This document shows, in pieces, positions 37,001 through 46,458 of a stretch of 64,000 nt of DNA. The translations under genes were made by a program, and so were the position numbers. The notes beneath the pieces were generated by a model, which searched no databases, was not told where the DNA came from, and was given only the letters and a program-made list of their open reading frames with translations. Each line of letters starts with the position of its first letter. Positions within the stretch are counted from its first letter, which is position 1. The stretch comes from an uncultured bacterium. GTDB lineage: Bacteria; Krumholzibacteriota; Krumholzibacteriia; JACNKJ01. The stretch lies in assembly GCA_963695095.1 (NCBI GenBank), contig CAVOFT010000001.1, forward strand, positions 768,001 to 832,000, given 5' to 3'.

Positions 37001-37688
37001 CGCCCTCCACGCCATCCTCGAGCGCTGGGACTTCCGCCGTCCCTGCGCCGAAGCCTTTGCGCTGGCCTGCCCGGCCGCACTGTCGCCGCGGCTGCGCGCC
37101 GATGCCGAGGCGCTGCTGGCGACCTTCTTCGCGGCCAAGCAGCCCTGGCTGACACGCCTGGCGGAGGCCGGCGATCTGCGCCGGGAAGAGACCTTCGTCC
37201 ATGCCCTGGACGGCGTGCTGCTCCGCGGACAGATCGATCTCGTCTTCACCTGGCAGGGCCAGCGCGTTCTGCTCGACTGGAAGAGCGACCGCGTCAGCGG
37301 CCGCGAGCACCTCCTGCGCCGGCTCGGGCATCATCGCTTCCAGATCTTGCTCTACGCGCTCGCCCTGGCGGCGGCGGGCCAGCCGGTGGATCAGGCGCTG
37401 CTGGTCTTCCTGCGGGCCGGCGAAGAGGGCGGTTTCCGCCAGGTGCGCCTGGAGCCCTTCGACCTCGAGTGGGCCGCCAACCACGCGCGGCGGCTCGCCG
37501 CGCAGGCACAGGCCCTGTCCGCCCTCGTCGACGCGCCGAGCACGGAGGCCCTGCTGAGCGCGGTGCCCCGCGGTCAGGATCCACCCTGCCAGGACTGCGC
37601 CTTCCGCAACGGGCCCTGCCCGCGGAGCTACCGGAGCGCCTCGCACGGCCTGCGCAATTGGCCACTCCCGGACATCTCGGCGCAATAA
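34010..37688 (+). CDS. addA: AddA/RexA-like UvrD helicase-nuclease subunit A (frameshift near 36460)
   Basis: AGAGSGKT, DEFQDTN, VGDERQSIYGFR and TIHGAKGLEFP in one frame; RLLYVALTRA and GQIDL...DWKS in the +1 frame. Confidence 0.9.
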
Positions 37689-37852
37689 TAATTCTGCAAT
37701 AGCTGCAGATTGCGAAGCAGGACCGCCCTGCTGAGCTATCTCCCGCCACCGCTTGCCACTGCGGGCGCCTGGTCCATTTTCTGCATTCCAGCCGCGTGGA
37801 TGGTGGCGAACCATCCGGATGCAAAGAGGAAGGACGAGAAAGGACGCGGGAC

Positions 37853-38497
37853 ATGGCGGTCACCCCAGACCATCGCGGGCGCAACGGGCGCCATGCCAGC
37901 CGGCCGGCCAGCGCCGGCTTCACTCTGGTGGAGCTGATGGCTGCGGTCGCCGTCTTCGGCATTCTGGTGTCCATTGCAGTGCCCTCGGTCTACCGCAGCA
38001 TGGACACCATGGAGAGCAAGCAGAACGCCGAGGCCCTGGGCGGCCGCCTGCGGCTCGCCCGCGCCCAGGCGCTGAGCACCTTCAGCGACATCGTCGTCTA
38101 CTTCAACCGCGACGGCATCGGCACCTACACGGTGCACGTGGACAACGGCGGCGGCTCCGGGCTGCCCGGCGACGCCGACTTCGATCCCGCGAACAAGAAC
38201 AACGGCGTCGTGGATGCGGGCGAGCGCGTGTCCACGCCCATCCCGTTGCCGGCGCGAGCCGTGTTCGGTTACGTGCCCGGCGCCATGACCAGCGAGGGCG
38301 ACTTCATCAACAGCGCCTTCGGTTTCGCAGGCAATCCGCCGCGGCTGACCTTCCACTCCGACGGCACCTGCGAGAACACCGGTTGGATCAGCGTGATGCC
38401 TTTGACGGACTTCTTGGACCAGAACCCGGGCCGCGACTACCTCGTGGAGGTCACGTCCACGACGGGCGAAGTGCGCACCGTGCGCGCCGGGCACTAG
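37853..38497 (+). CDS. Minor pilin/pseudopilin, FimT/GspH-like
   Basis: G|FTLVELMAAVAVFGILVSIAVP; LRLARAQA; LTFHSDG. Confidence 0.9.
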   Translation: MAVTPDHRGRNGRHASRPASAGFTLVELMAAVAVFGILVSIAVPSVYRSMDTMESKQNAEALGGRLRLARAQALSTFSDIVVYFNRDGIGTYTVHVDNGGGSGLPGDADFDPANKNNGVVDAGERVSTPIPLPARAVFGYVPGAMTSEGDFINSAFGFAGNPPRLTFHSDGTCENTGWISVMPLTDFLDQNPGRDYLVEVTSTTGEVRTVRAGH

Positions 38498-38511
38498 GCG
38501 AAGGAGGCGGC

Positions 38512-38928
38512 ATGAATCGGCAAGGCTACAGCATCCTCGAGGCAGTGGTGGCGATGACCATCTTCGCCGTCGGCCTCTTGGCGCTCTCACAGTCCTACTT
38601 CGGCGTCATGCGCGCCCAGGTGGGAGCGCGCAACCATGAGCTGGCTACCCAGTGCGCGCGCGACCGCTTGGAAGAGATCGTCAACTCGGTCAGCTACGCG
38701 AGCATCACGGCAGCCAACTTCCCCGATGAAGGTTACGGCAGCATCGATGCGGGTGATCCGAAATTCGATCAGTTCGCGCGCACCGTGGCCATCGACGATT
38801 CATTGAACGCGATCAACCAGAGCGTCCTCAAGGAGGTCACCGTGCGCGTCACCTGGCAGACGGCTGCCGGCACGCGCGACGTGACTCTCAATACCGTCGT
38901 CGCTCGCTACCGGGACGTGCAGCTATGA
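38512..38928 (+). CDS. Minor pilin, PilV-like
   Basis: AGGAGG RBS; G|YSILEAVVAMTIFAVGLL; KEVTVRVTW. Confidence 0.9.
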   Translation: MNRQGYSILEAVVAMTIFAVGLLALSQSYFGVMRAQVGARNHELATQCARDRLEEIVNSVSYASITAANFPDEGYGSIDAGDPKFDQFARTVAIDDSLNAINQSVLKEVTVRVTWQTAAGTRDVTLNTVVARYRDVQL

Positions 38929-41900
38929 TCGACTCGCGTACGCCCAGCTCCCTTCATGCCGCGGACCGCTTGCGGGCGGGCTTCACCCTGGTGGAGCTCG
39001 TCATCGGCACGCTCGTGGCGAGCATCGTCATCGTGGTGGCCTTCCAGGTGCTGGTCGGCGAACAGCGCTCGGCGGAGGCGCGCCGCCAGGAGATGAACGC
39101 CCAGCAGAACCTGCGCGTGGCGGTTGATGGCCTGACGCGCGACATCCGCATGGCGGGCTTCGGCGTGGATCAGTTCAGCAGCCAGCCGCGCGTGATCGAC
39201 GCCGGGCCCTGGCAGATGGCCTTCAACGGCGATCTCTCCAGCGGCGTGGGCGGGGAACCGGCCATGGCGGCCAACATGCAGATCAAGCTCTCCGGCGGCG
39301 CCACCTACAGCCCCGGCGATTTCCCGAGCGAAAACCTCGGCGGCGAGCCCTGGTACAGCGGCGGCGCCGAGACCATCGTCTTCGGCCTGGACGCCAACAA
39401 CGACGGCATCATCGACGACGACGACCTCTACGGTGCCAGCGACTGCCCGGCCGATTACGCCATCTACCGCGGCGTCAACGGCCTGCGCACCGAGCGCTTG
39501 GCCTTCGGCCTTCGCGGCCCGGAAGCCTACCCGGACGGCACCCTGCCGCCTCCCCTCTTCCGCTATTGGGGCGATTTCGGCGGCGGCGGTCTCAGGCTGT
39601 GGGGCGACGCGAACGGCGACGGCGAATTGAGCCAGACGGAGATCTCGAATCTCAATCCGGTCAGCGTGAACGAGCTGGCCAACATCCTCTACGTCGACAT
39701 CGAGGCGGGGACCTTCAGCGCCAGCGAAGTGACGCCTTCGCCGCACGCGCATGGGACCGAGGCCGATCCCTTCCGCTACCTTGAGCTCAGCACGGGCACG
39801 CGGGTGCGGCCGCGCAACCTGGGCGTCAATCCGGCGGACATGTCGGCCTGCGGCAATCCGCCGGCGCGCCCGAGCGGCATCTGGGTCGAGGACACCCCGG
39901 ATGACGCGGGGTCGAGCATCACCGTGCACTTCAACGCCTCCGCCGACGAGATGAACGGCGAGGAGGACGTCACCCACTACTACATCTACCGCCGGGAAGC
40001 GGGGGGCGTCTACAGCGGCGCCATCGCCTCCGTGCCGGCGGCCGGCGTTGGCAGTTATGCCTTCGCCAACGACCTGCACACGCCGGACGAGGCGGACATC
40101 CCGGTGGATGGCGTCGATTACTACTACCGCTTGACAGCCTGGGACTGCGGCCCCCAGGAGAGCCCGATGTCCTACGAAGTGGGGCCGGTGGCGAGTCAGC
40201 CCAACGGTTCGGCTCCGCCCATGCTCGTGCAGGCCTTCGATACGCCCTGTGACGACGGCGAAGAAGTCACCCTCATTTTCACCCAGAGCCCGGACGAGGG
40301 CGCCGGCCTGGTCAGCGGCTATCGCATCTTCCGCGGCCCCAGCGGCGGCGACTTCCTGGCCAAGACCCTGATCGGCTTCCTCGCCTCGTCCGGTGCGGCC
40401 AGCTACACGTTCCTGGACAATGATGCGAACAACATCGCCGGCGCGCCGCCGGTGGACGGGCAGCCCTACTGGTACACCGTCCGCGCCGTGAACGACACCA
40501 TCGTCTCGGTGGATTCCAACGAGCTGGGCCCGGTGGATGCCAATGACGGCCTCAGCGCCGCCCTGCTGGAGGCCATCCAGGACGTGCCCTTCGACAACGG
40601 CAGCCGCTTGAACGTCAACTGGCTGCGCTCGGAGAGCGAAACCTGCTCGCCGAATCCGGTGCTGGGCTATCGCCTGCAGCGCAAGGACCCGCTGGCGGCC
40701 AACTTCGCGGATATCAGCTTCTACGCGATCACGGGCGATCCCGCCTACGCCGTCGAGGACAGCGGACTCTTGGCCGGGCAACCCTATGTCTACCGGGTGA
40801 TGACGGTCAGCATGGATGAGGAGCGGCCCAGCAACGAGATGCAGGGCGTGCCCACCAACAACATCGATCTGCTGCCGCCCACGAATCTGGCCGCCGGCGG
40901 CGTGCCTTGCGATGCGAGCGGCGCCATCCAGCTGAGCTGGGACCGCTCCTATCACGACAACGGCAGCGGCGACGTCGAGTGGTACCGCATCTTCCGCCGC
41001 GTGCAGGCCAGCCCGACCTGGGCGGAGCTCGACCGGGTGGCAGCCATGGCCAGCACGCACTACAGCTATGCCGACAACGCCGCCAGCCCCTTGCCGCCGG
41101 TGATCGGGCTGACCTACGAGTACGTCGTGACGGCCTACAACCAGAGCAACGGCAACGAGTCGGGCTACTCGAACATGGGTACCTGCACCTCTGCGAGCGT
41201 TCCGGACGCGCCTTACGTGTGGCAGGCCGTCGACACCGTCAACGATCACGGCGGCTCGATCACCGTGCGCTTCACGCGCAGCGACGACGACGGCTCCTGC
41301 ACGGACACCGTGGTCTCCTACACGATCTACCGCCACACGGACTGGGGCGGCTTCACGGACGCGCACATCGTCGGGGTGGTGACGGCGCTGAATCAGAGCA
41401 ACTACACCTTCATCGACAACGGCAGCCAGGCGGCGCCGCCGGTGGACGGCACCGGCTACTACTACATGGCGCGGGCCTGGGACGGCACCCAGTTCTCGGT
41501 GAACAGCAACGTGAAGGGCCCGGCCATCGCCCTGGACGACGGCACCTCGACGGCGACGATCTTCGCCGACGGCTTCGAGAGCAACCTGAACTGGACGCAC
41601 GGCGGCCCCGAGGACGACTGGCAGCGCGGGGACCCCGTCGCGCGGGCCCAGACCTACGGCCGTCCCGACCCGGAGAACGCCAATCTCGGGACCATGGTCT
41701 ACGGCACGGACATCGGCGCCTCGGGCTGGAACGGCACCTACCGGGCCAACGCCAACTCCTGGCTGATGAGCCCCTCCATCGACTGCTCCGACTACGAGAA
41801 CGTGCAGCTCGTCTTCGCGCGCTGGCTCAATGTCGAGCAGCCGCTCTACGACCGGGCCATCGTGGAAGTGAGCGGCTCGGGCAGCGGCGGACCCTGGGTG

Positions 41901-42080
41901 GAGATCTGGCGCAACAGCGTGGAGATCACCGACAACAGCTGGCAGTGGATGAATTTCAACATCGGCGCCGTTGCCGACGATCGGGCGGATGTGCGCATTC
42001 GCTTCCGCCTGATCACCGATGGCAGCTGGCACTACGCGGGATGGAACATCGATGAAGTGCATGTCATTGGCGATCACTAG
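38925..42080 (+). CDS. Giant PilW-like minor pilin with FN3-like repeats and C-terminal beta-sandwich
   Basis: G|FTLVELVIG; QQNLRVAVDGLTRDIRMAG; five FN3-like repeats; 1051 aa. Confidence 0.88.
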   Translation: MIDSRTPSSLHAADRLRAGFTLVELVIGTLVASIVIVVAFQVLVGEQRSAEARRQEMNAQQNLRVAVDGLTRDIRMAGFGVDQFSSQPRVIDAGPWQMAFNGDLSSGVGGEPAMAANMQIKLSGGATYSPGDFPSENLGGEPWYSGGAETIVFGLDANNDGIIDDDDLYGASDCPADYAIYRGVNGLRTERLAFGLRGPEAYPDGTLPPPLFRYWGDFGGGGLRLWGDANGDGELSQTEISNLNPVSVNELANILYVDIEAGTFSASEVTPSPHAHGTEADPFRYLELSTGTRVRPRNLGVNPADMSACGNPPARPSGIWVEDTPDDAGSSITVHFNASADEMNGEEDVTHYYIYRREAGGVYSGAIASVPAAGVGSYAFANDLHTPDEADIPVDGVDYYYRLTAWDCGPQESPMSYEVGPVASQPNGSAPPMLVQAFDTPCDDGEEVTLIFTQSPDEGAGLVSGYRIFRGPSGGDFLAKTLIGFLASSGAASYTFLDNDANNIAGAPPVDGQPYWYTVRAVNDTIVSVDSNELGPVDANDGLSAALLEAIQDVPFDNGSRLNVNWLRSESETCSPNPVLGYRLQRKDPLAANFADISFYAITGDPAYAVEDSGLLAGQPYVYRVMTVSMDEERPSNEMQGVPTNNIDLLPPTNLAAGGVPCDASGAIQLSWDRSYHDNGSGDVEWYRIFRRVQASPTWAELDRVAAMASTHYSYADNAASPLPPVIGLTYEYVVTAYNQSNGNESGYSNMGTCTSASVPDAPYVWQAVDTVNDHGGSITVRFTRSDDDGSCTDTVVSYTIYRHTDWGGFTDAHIVGVVTALNQSNYTFIDNGSQAAPPVDGTGYYYMARAWDGTQFSVNSNVKGPAIALDDGTSTATIFADGFESNLNWTHGGPEDDWQRGDPVARAQTYGRPDPENANLGTMVYGTDIGASGWNGTYRANANSWLMSPSIDCSDYENVQLVFARWLNVEQPLYDRAIVEVSGSGSGGPWVEIWRNSVEITDNSWQWMNFNIGAVADDRADVRIRFRLITDGSWHYAGWNIDEVHVIGDH

Positions 42081-43437
42081 GGCGCGTGGCGTCCTGGTTG
42101 CCCTCCGGCAAGACAGCGGCGGCAATGCCCTGGTCGTGACCCTGCTCATCACCCTTGCCCTCTCCGGCTTGGTGATGGGGGCCTTGCTGGCCAGCCAGAC
42201 GGAAATGCGCCTGAGCAGCAACACGAGCATGCAGCAGAAGGCGTTCTATCTCGCGGAGCGGGGCATGGAGGAGTCGATCGCCTTCCTTGCCCAGATGGGG
42301 CAGCCGCTCGTGGGCAGCGGCGTCGGCGGCGGCGGTCCGGTCGTGCTCTTCAATGATGTCGCGGCCGGCGAGGGGCGCTACACGGTCTGGGCCGACCCCA
42401 TGGACAACAACGCCGGCCGTAGCTCGCGCTTCGTGGCGATCACGGTGCGCGGGACTTTGAACGGCTCCGGGGTCAGCCGCGCGATGCAGATCCGGCTCGG
42501 CCAGCAGAATTTCTCCCGCTATGCCTACTTCACCGATATCGAGACCAGCGCCAGCGGCGGCACGATCTGGTTCACCGGCAACGACGAGTTCTTCGGACCG
42601 GTGCACACGAACGATCAGATGCACATCGCCGGCGATCCCATCTTCCACGAAGAGGCCAGTTCCGGCGCCGCCGATCTCGACTACTACAACGGCGGACCGC
42701 CCCAGGACGACCCTGTCTTCGAGATGGGCCTCAACTTGAACGCCGACAACATCCTGCTGCCGCCGAACACGGACCTGCTGCGGGCGAAGGGACTGGCCGC
42801 CGATGGCCTGGACTTCACCGGCACCGCCGCCATCGAGATGCGCCTCGATGCGGGCGGCAACGGCATTCTGCGCGTGCGCCTCAACGGCGGCGCCGCGGTG
42901 GACTATCCGCTGCCGGCCAACGGCGTCTGCTTCGTGGACGGCAAGGTCGAGCTGAAGGGCACGCTCAAGGGCCAGCTGACCATCGCCTGCGACGGCGACG
43001 TCGAGATCATGGACAACTGCGTGTACGACACCGACCCCCGCATCGATCCGACCAGCACCGACATGCTGGGCATCGTGGCGGACGGCGACGTCTACATGGA
43101 CGGCTATGCCTACGGGGCCAATGTCGACACCGCCGACGAGACCGTGATGGCGGCGATCATGACCCTGGACGAGAGCTTCACGGTCGAGAACTACAACTCG
43201 GGCTCGCCGCGGGGCAACCTGGTCATCTACGGGGGGCTGATCCAGTTCCGCCGCGGCCCGGTGGGCACCTTCAACGGCAGCACGGGCCAGATCATCACCG
43301 GCTACGCCAAGGCCTACTCCTACGACCCGCGGTTGATGGACAATCCGCCGCCGGCCTTCCCGACCACCGGCGACATCGACAAGATCAGCTGGCAGGAGAT
43401 CGACCCCAGCCAGGACATCACCGCCAACTACTGGTAG
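42061..43437 (+). CDS. PilX-like protein with DUF4900-like C-terminal region
   Basis: G|NALVVTLL (no Glu5); AFYLAERG; FFGPVHTND; GYAKAYSYDPRL...PPAFP; start uncertain (42052 or 42061). Confidence 0.85.
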   Translation: MSLAITRARGVLVALRQDSGGNALVVTLLITLALSGLVMGALLASQTEMRLSSNTSMQQKAFYLAERGMEESIAFLAQMGQPLVGSGVGGGGPVVLFNDVAAGEGRYTVWADPMDNNAGRSSRFVAITVRGTLNGSGVSRAMQIRLGQQNFSRYAYFTDIETSASGGTIWFTGNDEFFGPVHTNDQMHIAGDPIFHEEASSGAADLDYYNGGPPQDDPVFEMGLNLNADNILLPPNTDLLRAKGLAADGLDFTGTAAIEMRLDAGGNGILRVRLNGGAAVDYPLPANGVCFVDGKVELKGTLKGQLTIACDGDVEIMDNCVYDTDPRIDPTSTDMLGIVADGDVYMDGYAYGANVDTADETVMAAIMTLDESFTVENYNSGSPRGNLVIYGGLIQFRRGPVGTFNGSTGQIITGYAKAYSYDPRLMDNPPPAFPTTGDIDKISWQEIDPSQDITANYW

Positions 43438-43548
43438 GCGGCATTCGGCGCTTTGCCGCCGCCCAGAACTGGTGTAGCTTGCAAGGGCCCGGCGCTTCCC
43501 GAAAGGGCGGCCTCGGGCCCTTGTGCGTTGACCCCAGCGGAGGCCCGC

Positions 43549-44748
43549 GTGTCCCGGTTCCACCCTCGCCTGCCCGTCCTGTTGCTTCTGCCGGCGCTGC
43601 TCGCCCTGGCCCTGACCGCGGCGCCCTCGGCGGCCGGTTCCGGGCCGCGGGAGGAGTGCGCAGCCGCCCTGCTCATGGAGGCGGCCACCGGTGAGATCCT
43701 CTACGCGGAGCAGCCGGACCGCGAGTGGATTCCGGCCTCCGTCGTCAAGATGATGCTCCTGCTGCTCAGCCAGGAAGCCCTCGAGGACGGCCGGGTCGCC
43801 ACGACGGACGTGGTCACCGCTTCGGCCCGCGCCCAGGCCCAGGGCGGCAGCCAGGTCTATCTGGCCGCCGGAGAGACGGCCACGCTGCAGCGGCTCCTGG
43901 AGGCCGTGGCCGTGGGTTCGGCCAACGACGCGACGATGGCCGTGGCCGAGCACGTCTTCGGCTCGGCGGAAGCGGCCGTGGCGGCGATGAACGCGCGCGC
44001 CGCTGCGCTGGGCATGTCGAGGACGCAGTACGTCAACGTTACGGGACTGCCCGAGCGGGGGCGTCCGGACAACCGCAGCAGCGCCCGCGATCAGGCGCTG
44101 CTCGCGCGGGAGATCGTGCGGCGCCGCCCCGGCGTGCTGGACTGGACCCGCATCACCGAGACCGATTTCCGCCCGGACCTGCGCCTGCGCTGCACGAACG
44201 TCCTGCTCAAGCGCTGCCCGGGCGTGGACGGCCTCAAGACCGGCTACCATGCCAAGGCGCGCTACAATCTCGTCGCGACGGCGGAGCGCGAAGGGCGGCG
44301 CCTGATTGCCGTCGTGCTGGGCAGCCCCAGCGTGGCGCTGCGCAACCGCGTGGCGACGCGCTTGCTCGAGCGCGGCTTCGAGGACTGGCTGCTGGTGACG
44401 GGGTTGCACGCCGGCGAGGGCTTCGGCGCCGAGTTTCCGGTGGCGGGCAGCTGGCGCGGCACGGTGCCGGTGGTGGCCGCCCAGACGCTCCAGTTCACGG
44501 CGACGCCTCAGCAGGCGTCCCGCGTGCGTATCCTGCTGGGGCCGGGAGCGCGCCTGGCCGCGCCGCTGAAGGCGGGCGAGGTGATCGGGCAGATCCAGGC
44601 CACGCTGGACGGCCGCCTGCTCGCCAGCGTGCCCGCCGTGGCGGGCCGCGGCGTCGGCCGGCGCTGGTTCGGCAAAGGGCGGGCGGCGCCGGGCGCGCCC
44701 TGGCCGGAACTGCCGGCGCGGGCCAGCGCCAGGAGCCGCGAGCCCTAG
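43549..44748 (+). CDS. dacA: D-alanyl-D-alanine carboxypeptidase (S11)
   Basis: PASVVK (SxxK), SAND (SxN), GLKTGY. Confidence 0.93.
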   Translation: MSRFHPRLPVLLLLPALLALALTAAPSAAGSGPREECAAALLMEAATGEILYAEQPDREWIPASVVKMMLLLLSQEALEDGRVATTDVVTASARAQAQGGSQVYLAAGETATLQRLLEAVAVGSANDATMAVAEHVFGSAEAAVAAMNARAAALGMSRTQYVNVTGLPERGRPDNRSSARDQALLAREIVRRRPGVLDWTRITETDFRPDLRLRCTNVLLKRCPGVDGLKTGYHAKARYNLVATAEREGRRLIAVVLGSPSVALRNRVATRLLERGFEDWLLVTGLHAGEGFGAEFPVAGSWRGTVPVVAAQTLQFTATPQQASRVRILLGPGARLAAPLKAGEVIGQIQATLDGRLLASVPAVAGRGVGRRWFGKGRAAPGAPWPELPARASARSREP

Positions 44749-44829
44749 GCGGAATCGACTTGGCCCGTGGGCGGACGATGGCCTAAGCTGGCTCTGCCCC
44801 GCCCTCACCGCTCAGCCCGGAGGCCAGCC

Positions 44830-45381
44830 ATGCGCCGCATCCTCGCCCTGCTCGTCGTTACCTCGCTCCTCGCGCCGCTGGCCTGCGGCCAGCGCGAGGA
44901 GAGGGCCGGCGAGAGTCCCGCCGGCGACGCCGCAGCCGTCCTCGCCGACGGCGAGATCCAGTGGCTCAGCTATGGCGATGGCGTCGCCAAGGCCGCCGCC
45001 GAGAACAAGCCCATGCTGATCGACTTCTGGACCGACTGGTGCCACTGGTGCAAGGTGATGGACAAGGACACCTACGGCAATGAAGAGGTGCGCCGCCGCC
45101 TGGTCCAGCAGTTCGTGACCGTGAAGGTGGACGCCGAGAGCGGCCAGCTCCAGGGCGCCCAGGGGGCGGCCACCGGCGTCGAGCTGGCGCGCAGCTTCCA
45201 GGTGAACAGCTACCCGACTACCTGGTTCGTCGACAGCCAGGGCAAGAAGATCGACGCGCTGCCCGGCTTCGTGCCGCCGGACCAGTTCGCGATCATCCTC
45301 GACTACATTGCCAGCGGCGCCTACAAGACCCAGAAGTTCCAGGAGTACCAGGCTGCCCGCCAGCAGGCGGCGCAGCCCTAG
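44830..45381 (+). CDS. Thioredoxin-family lipoprotein
   Basis: Lipobox PLAC; DFWTDWCHWCKVM; YPT cis-Pro. Confidence 0.9.
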   Translation: MRRILALLVVTSLLAPLACGQREERAGESPAGDAAAVLADGEIQWLSYGDGVAKAAAENKPMLIDFWTDWCHWCKVMDKDTYGNEEVRRRLVQQFVTVKVDAESGQLQGAQGAATGVELARSFQVNSYPTTWFVDSQGKKIDALPGFVPPDQFAIILDYIASGAYKTQKFQEYQAARQQAAQP

Positions 45382-45752
45382 TCGCCCAGCACTTCCAGTC
45401 GCACCGGCGCCGTGCCCGGCCCCAGGAAGTCCAGCTCGCGGGCGGCCCGCCGCGAGACGTCCAGGATGCGATCCGGCTTGAAGGGTCCCCGGTCCGTCAC
45501 GCGCAGGATCAGGCTGCGGCCATTGGCGAGATTCGTCACCCGGATCCGCGTGCCGAAGGGCAGCGAGCGGTGGGCGGCCGTCAGGCCCTCCCGGTCGTAG
45601 CGCTCGCCGCTGGCCGTGGTCCGGCCATGATAGGGAGCGCCGTACCAGGAGGCCATGCCCTCCTGCCGGGTCCCCTCCGGCACGACGCCCGCGCGCAGCG
45701 GCGGACCCATCACCTTGGGCGTGCACCCAGCCAGCAGAACGAGGGCGAACAC
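45378..45752 (-). CDS. rlpA: RlpA-like lytic transglycosylase lipoprotein
   Basis: LAGC; GMASWYG, TASGE, TAAHRSLPFGT, DRGPF, DVS. Confidence 0.93.
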   Translation of the reverse strand: MFALVLLAGCTPKVMGPPLRAGVVPEGTRQEGMASWYGAPYHGRTTASGERYDREGLTAAHRSLPFGTRIRVTNLANGRSLILRVTDRGPFKPDRILDVSRRAARELDFLGPGTAPVRLEVLGD

Positions 45753-45819
45753 GGCCAGGGCAGGGGCCCCGGCGGTCGGACGGCGGTGAATGGCGGACCT
45801 CCCCGCGCTGGCCGCCAGC

Positions 45820-46458
45820 CTACTCGGATCGCCGCTCCGCTGTCTTGAGGATTCTCCCGCCGGCCCCGGCCAGGGCGCGGCCCCGCTGGAAGGCCGCCCA
45901 GTTGCCCTCTTCGGTGCCGCGGGGCACGCGGGCGAGGATCACCTTGCGCCAGAGCGCTTCCGGGAAGTCGAGGCTGGGCGCCAGCGCGCCCAGGAAGAGC
46001 ACGCTCGACATCTTCTCGTTGCCCAGCGTGCGGCATTCGGCCTGGGCGTCGATGGCGACCAGATCCGGGCAGCGCGCGGCGATCTGGGCGACGGCGTCGG
46101 CCGGGTAGCTGAACTGCTTGCCCGCCGCGATCGGCGGGATGATCTGCTGCCGGCTGACGATGGCGCGGCCGCCCGGCGCCAGATCGTGCAGGGCGCGCAG
46201 ACCCTCGGCCTGCTCGAAGGCCATGAGGATATCCGCAGCGCCCTCGGGGATCATCGGGCTCCACACCTTGGCGCCGAAGCGCACGTGGCTGGAGACGGTG
46301 CCGCCCCGCTGGCTCATGCCGTGCACTTCGCTCTTCTTGACGTCGAGGCCGGCCTCCATGGCCACCTGGGCCAGCACATCGCTGGCCAGGATGATGCCCT
46401 GGCCGCCCACGCCCACCATCAGGATGCCGGTGATCTTGCCCGTTGCCGCGCCGCTCAT
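45820..46458 (-). CDS. iorB: Indolepyruvate:ferredoxin oxidoreductase beta subunit
   Basis: GVGGQG, SEVHGMSQRGGTVSSHVR. Confidence 0.95.
   Translation of the reverse strand: MSGAATGKITGILMVGVGGQGIILASDVLAQVAMEAGLDVKKSEVHGMSQRGGTVSSHVRFGAKVWSPMIPEGAADILMAFEQAEGLRALHDLAPGGRAIVSRQQIIPPIAAGKQFSYPADAVAQIAARCPDLVAIDAQAECRTLGNEKMSSVLFLGALAPSLDFPEALWRKVILARVPRGTEEGNWAAFQRGRALAGAGGRILKTAERRSE

Noticed and set aside
30901..37688. Cas4/CRISPR or anti-phage helicase-nuclease system
   Set aside because: Size, order and motifs fit housekeeping AddAB; no cas genes or repeat-spacer array seen anywhere in the window
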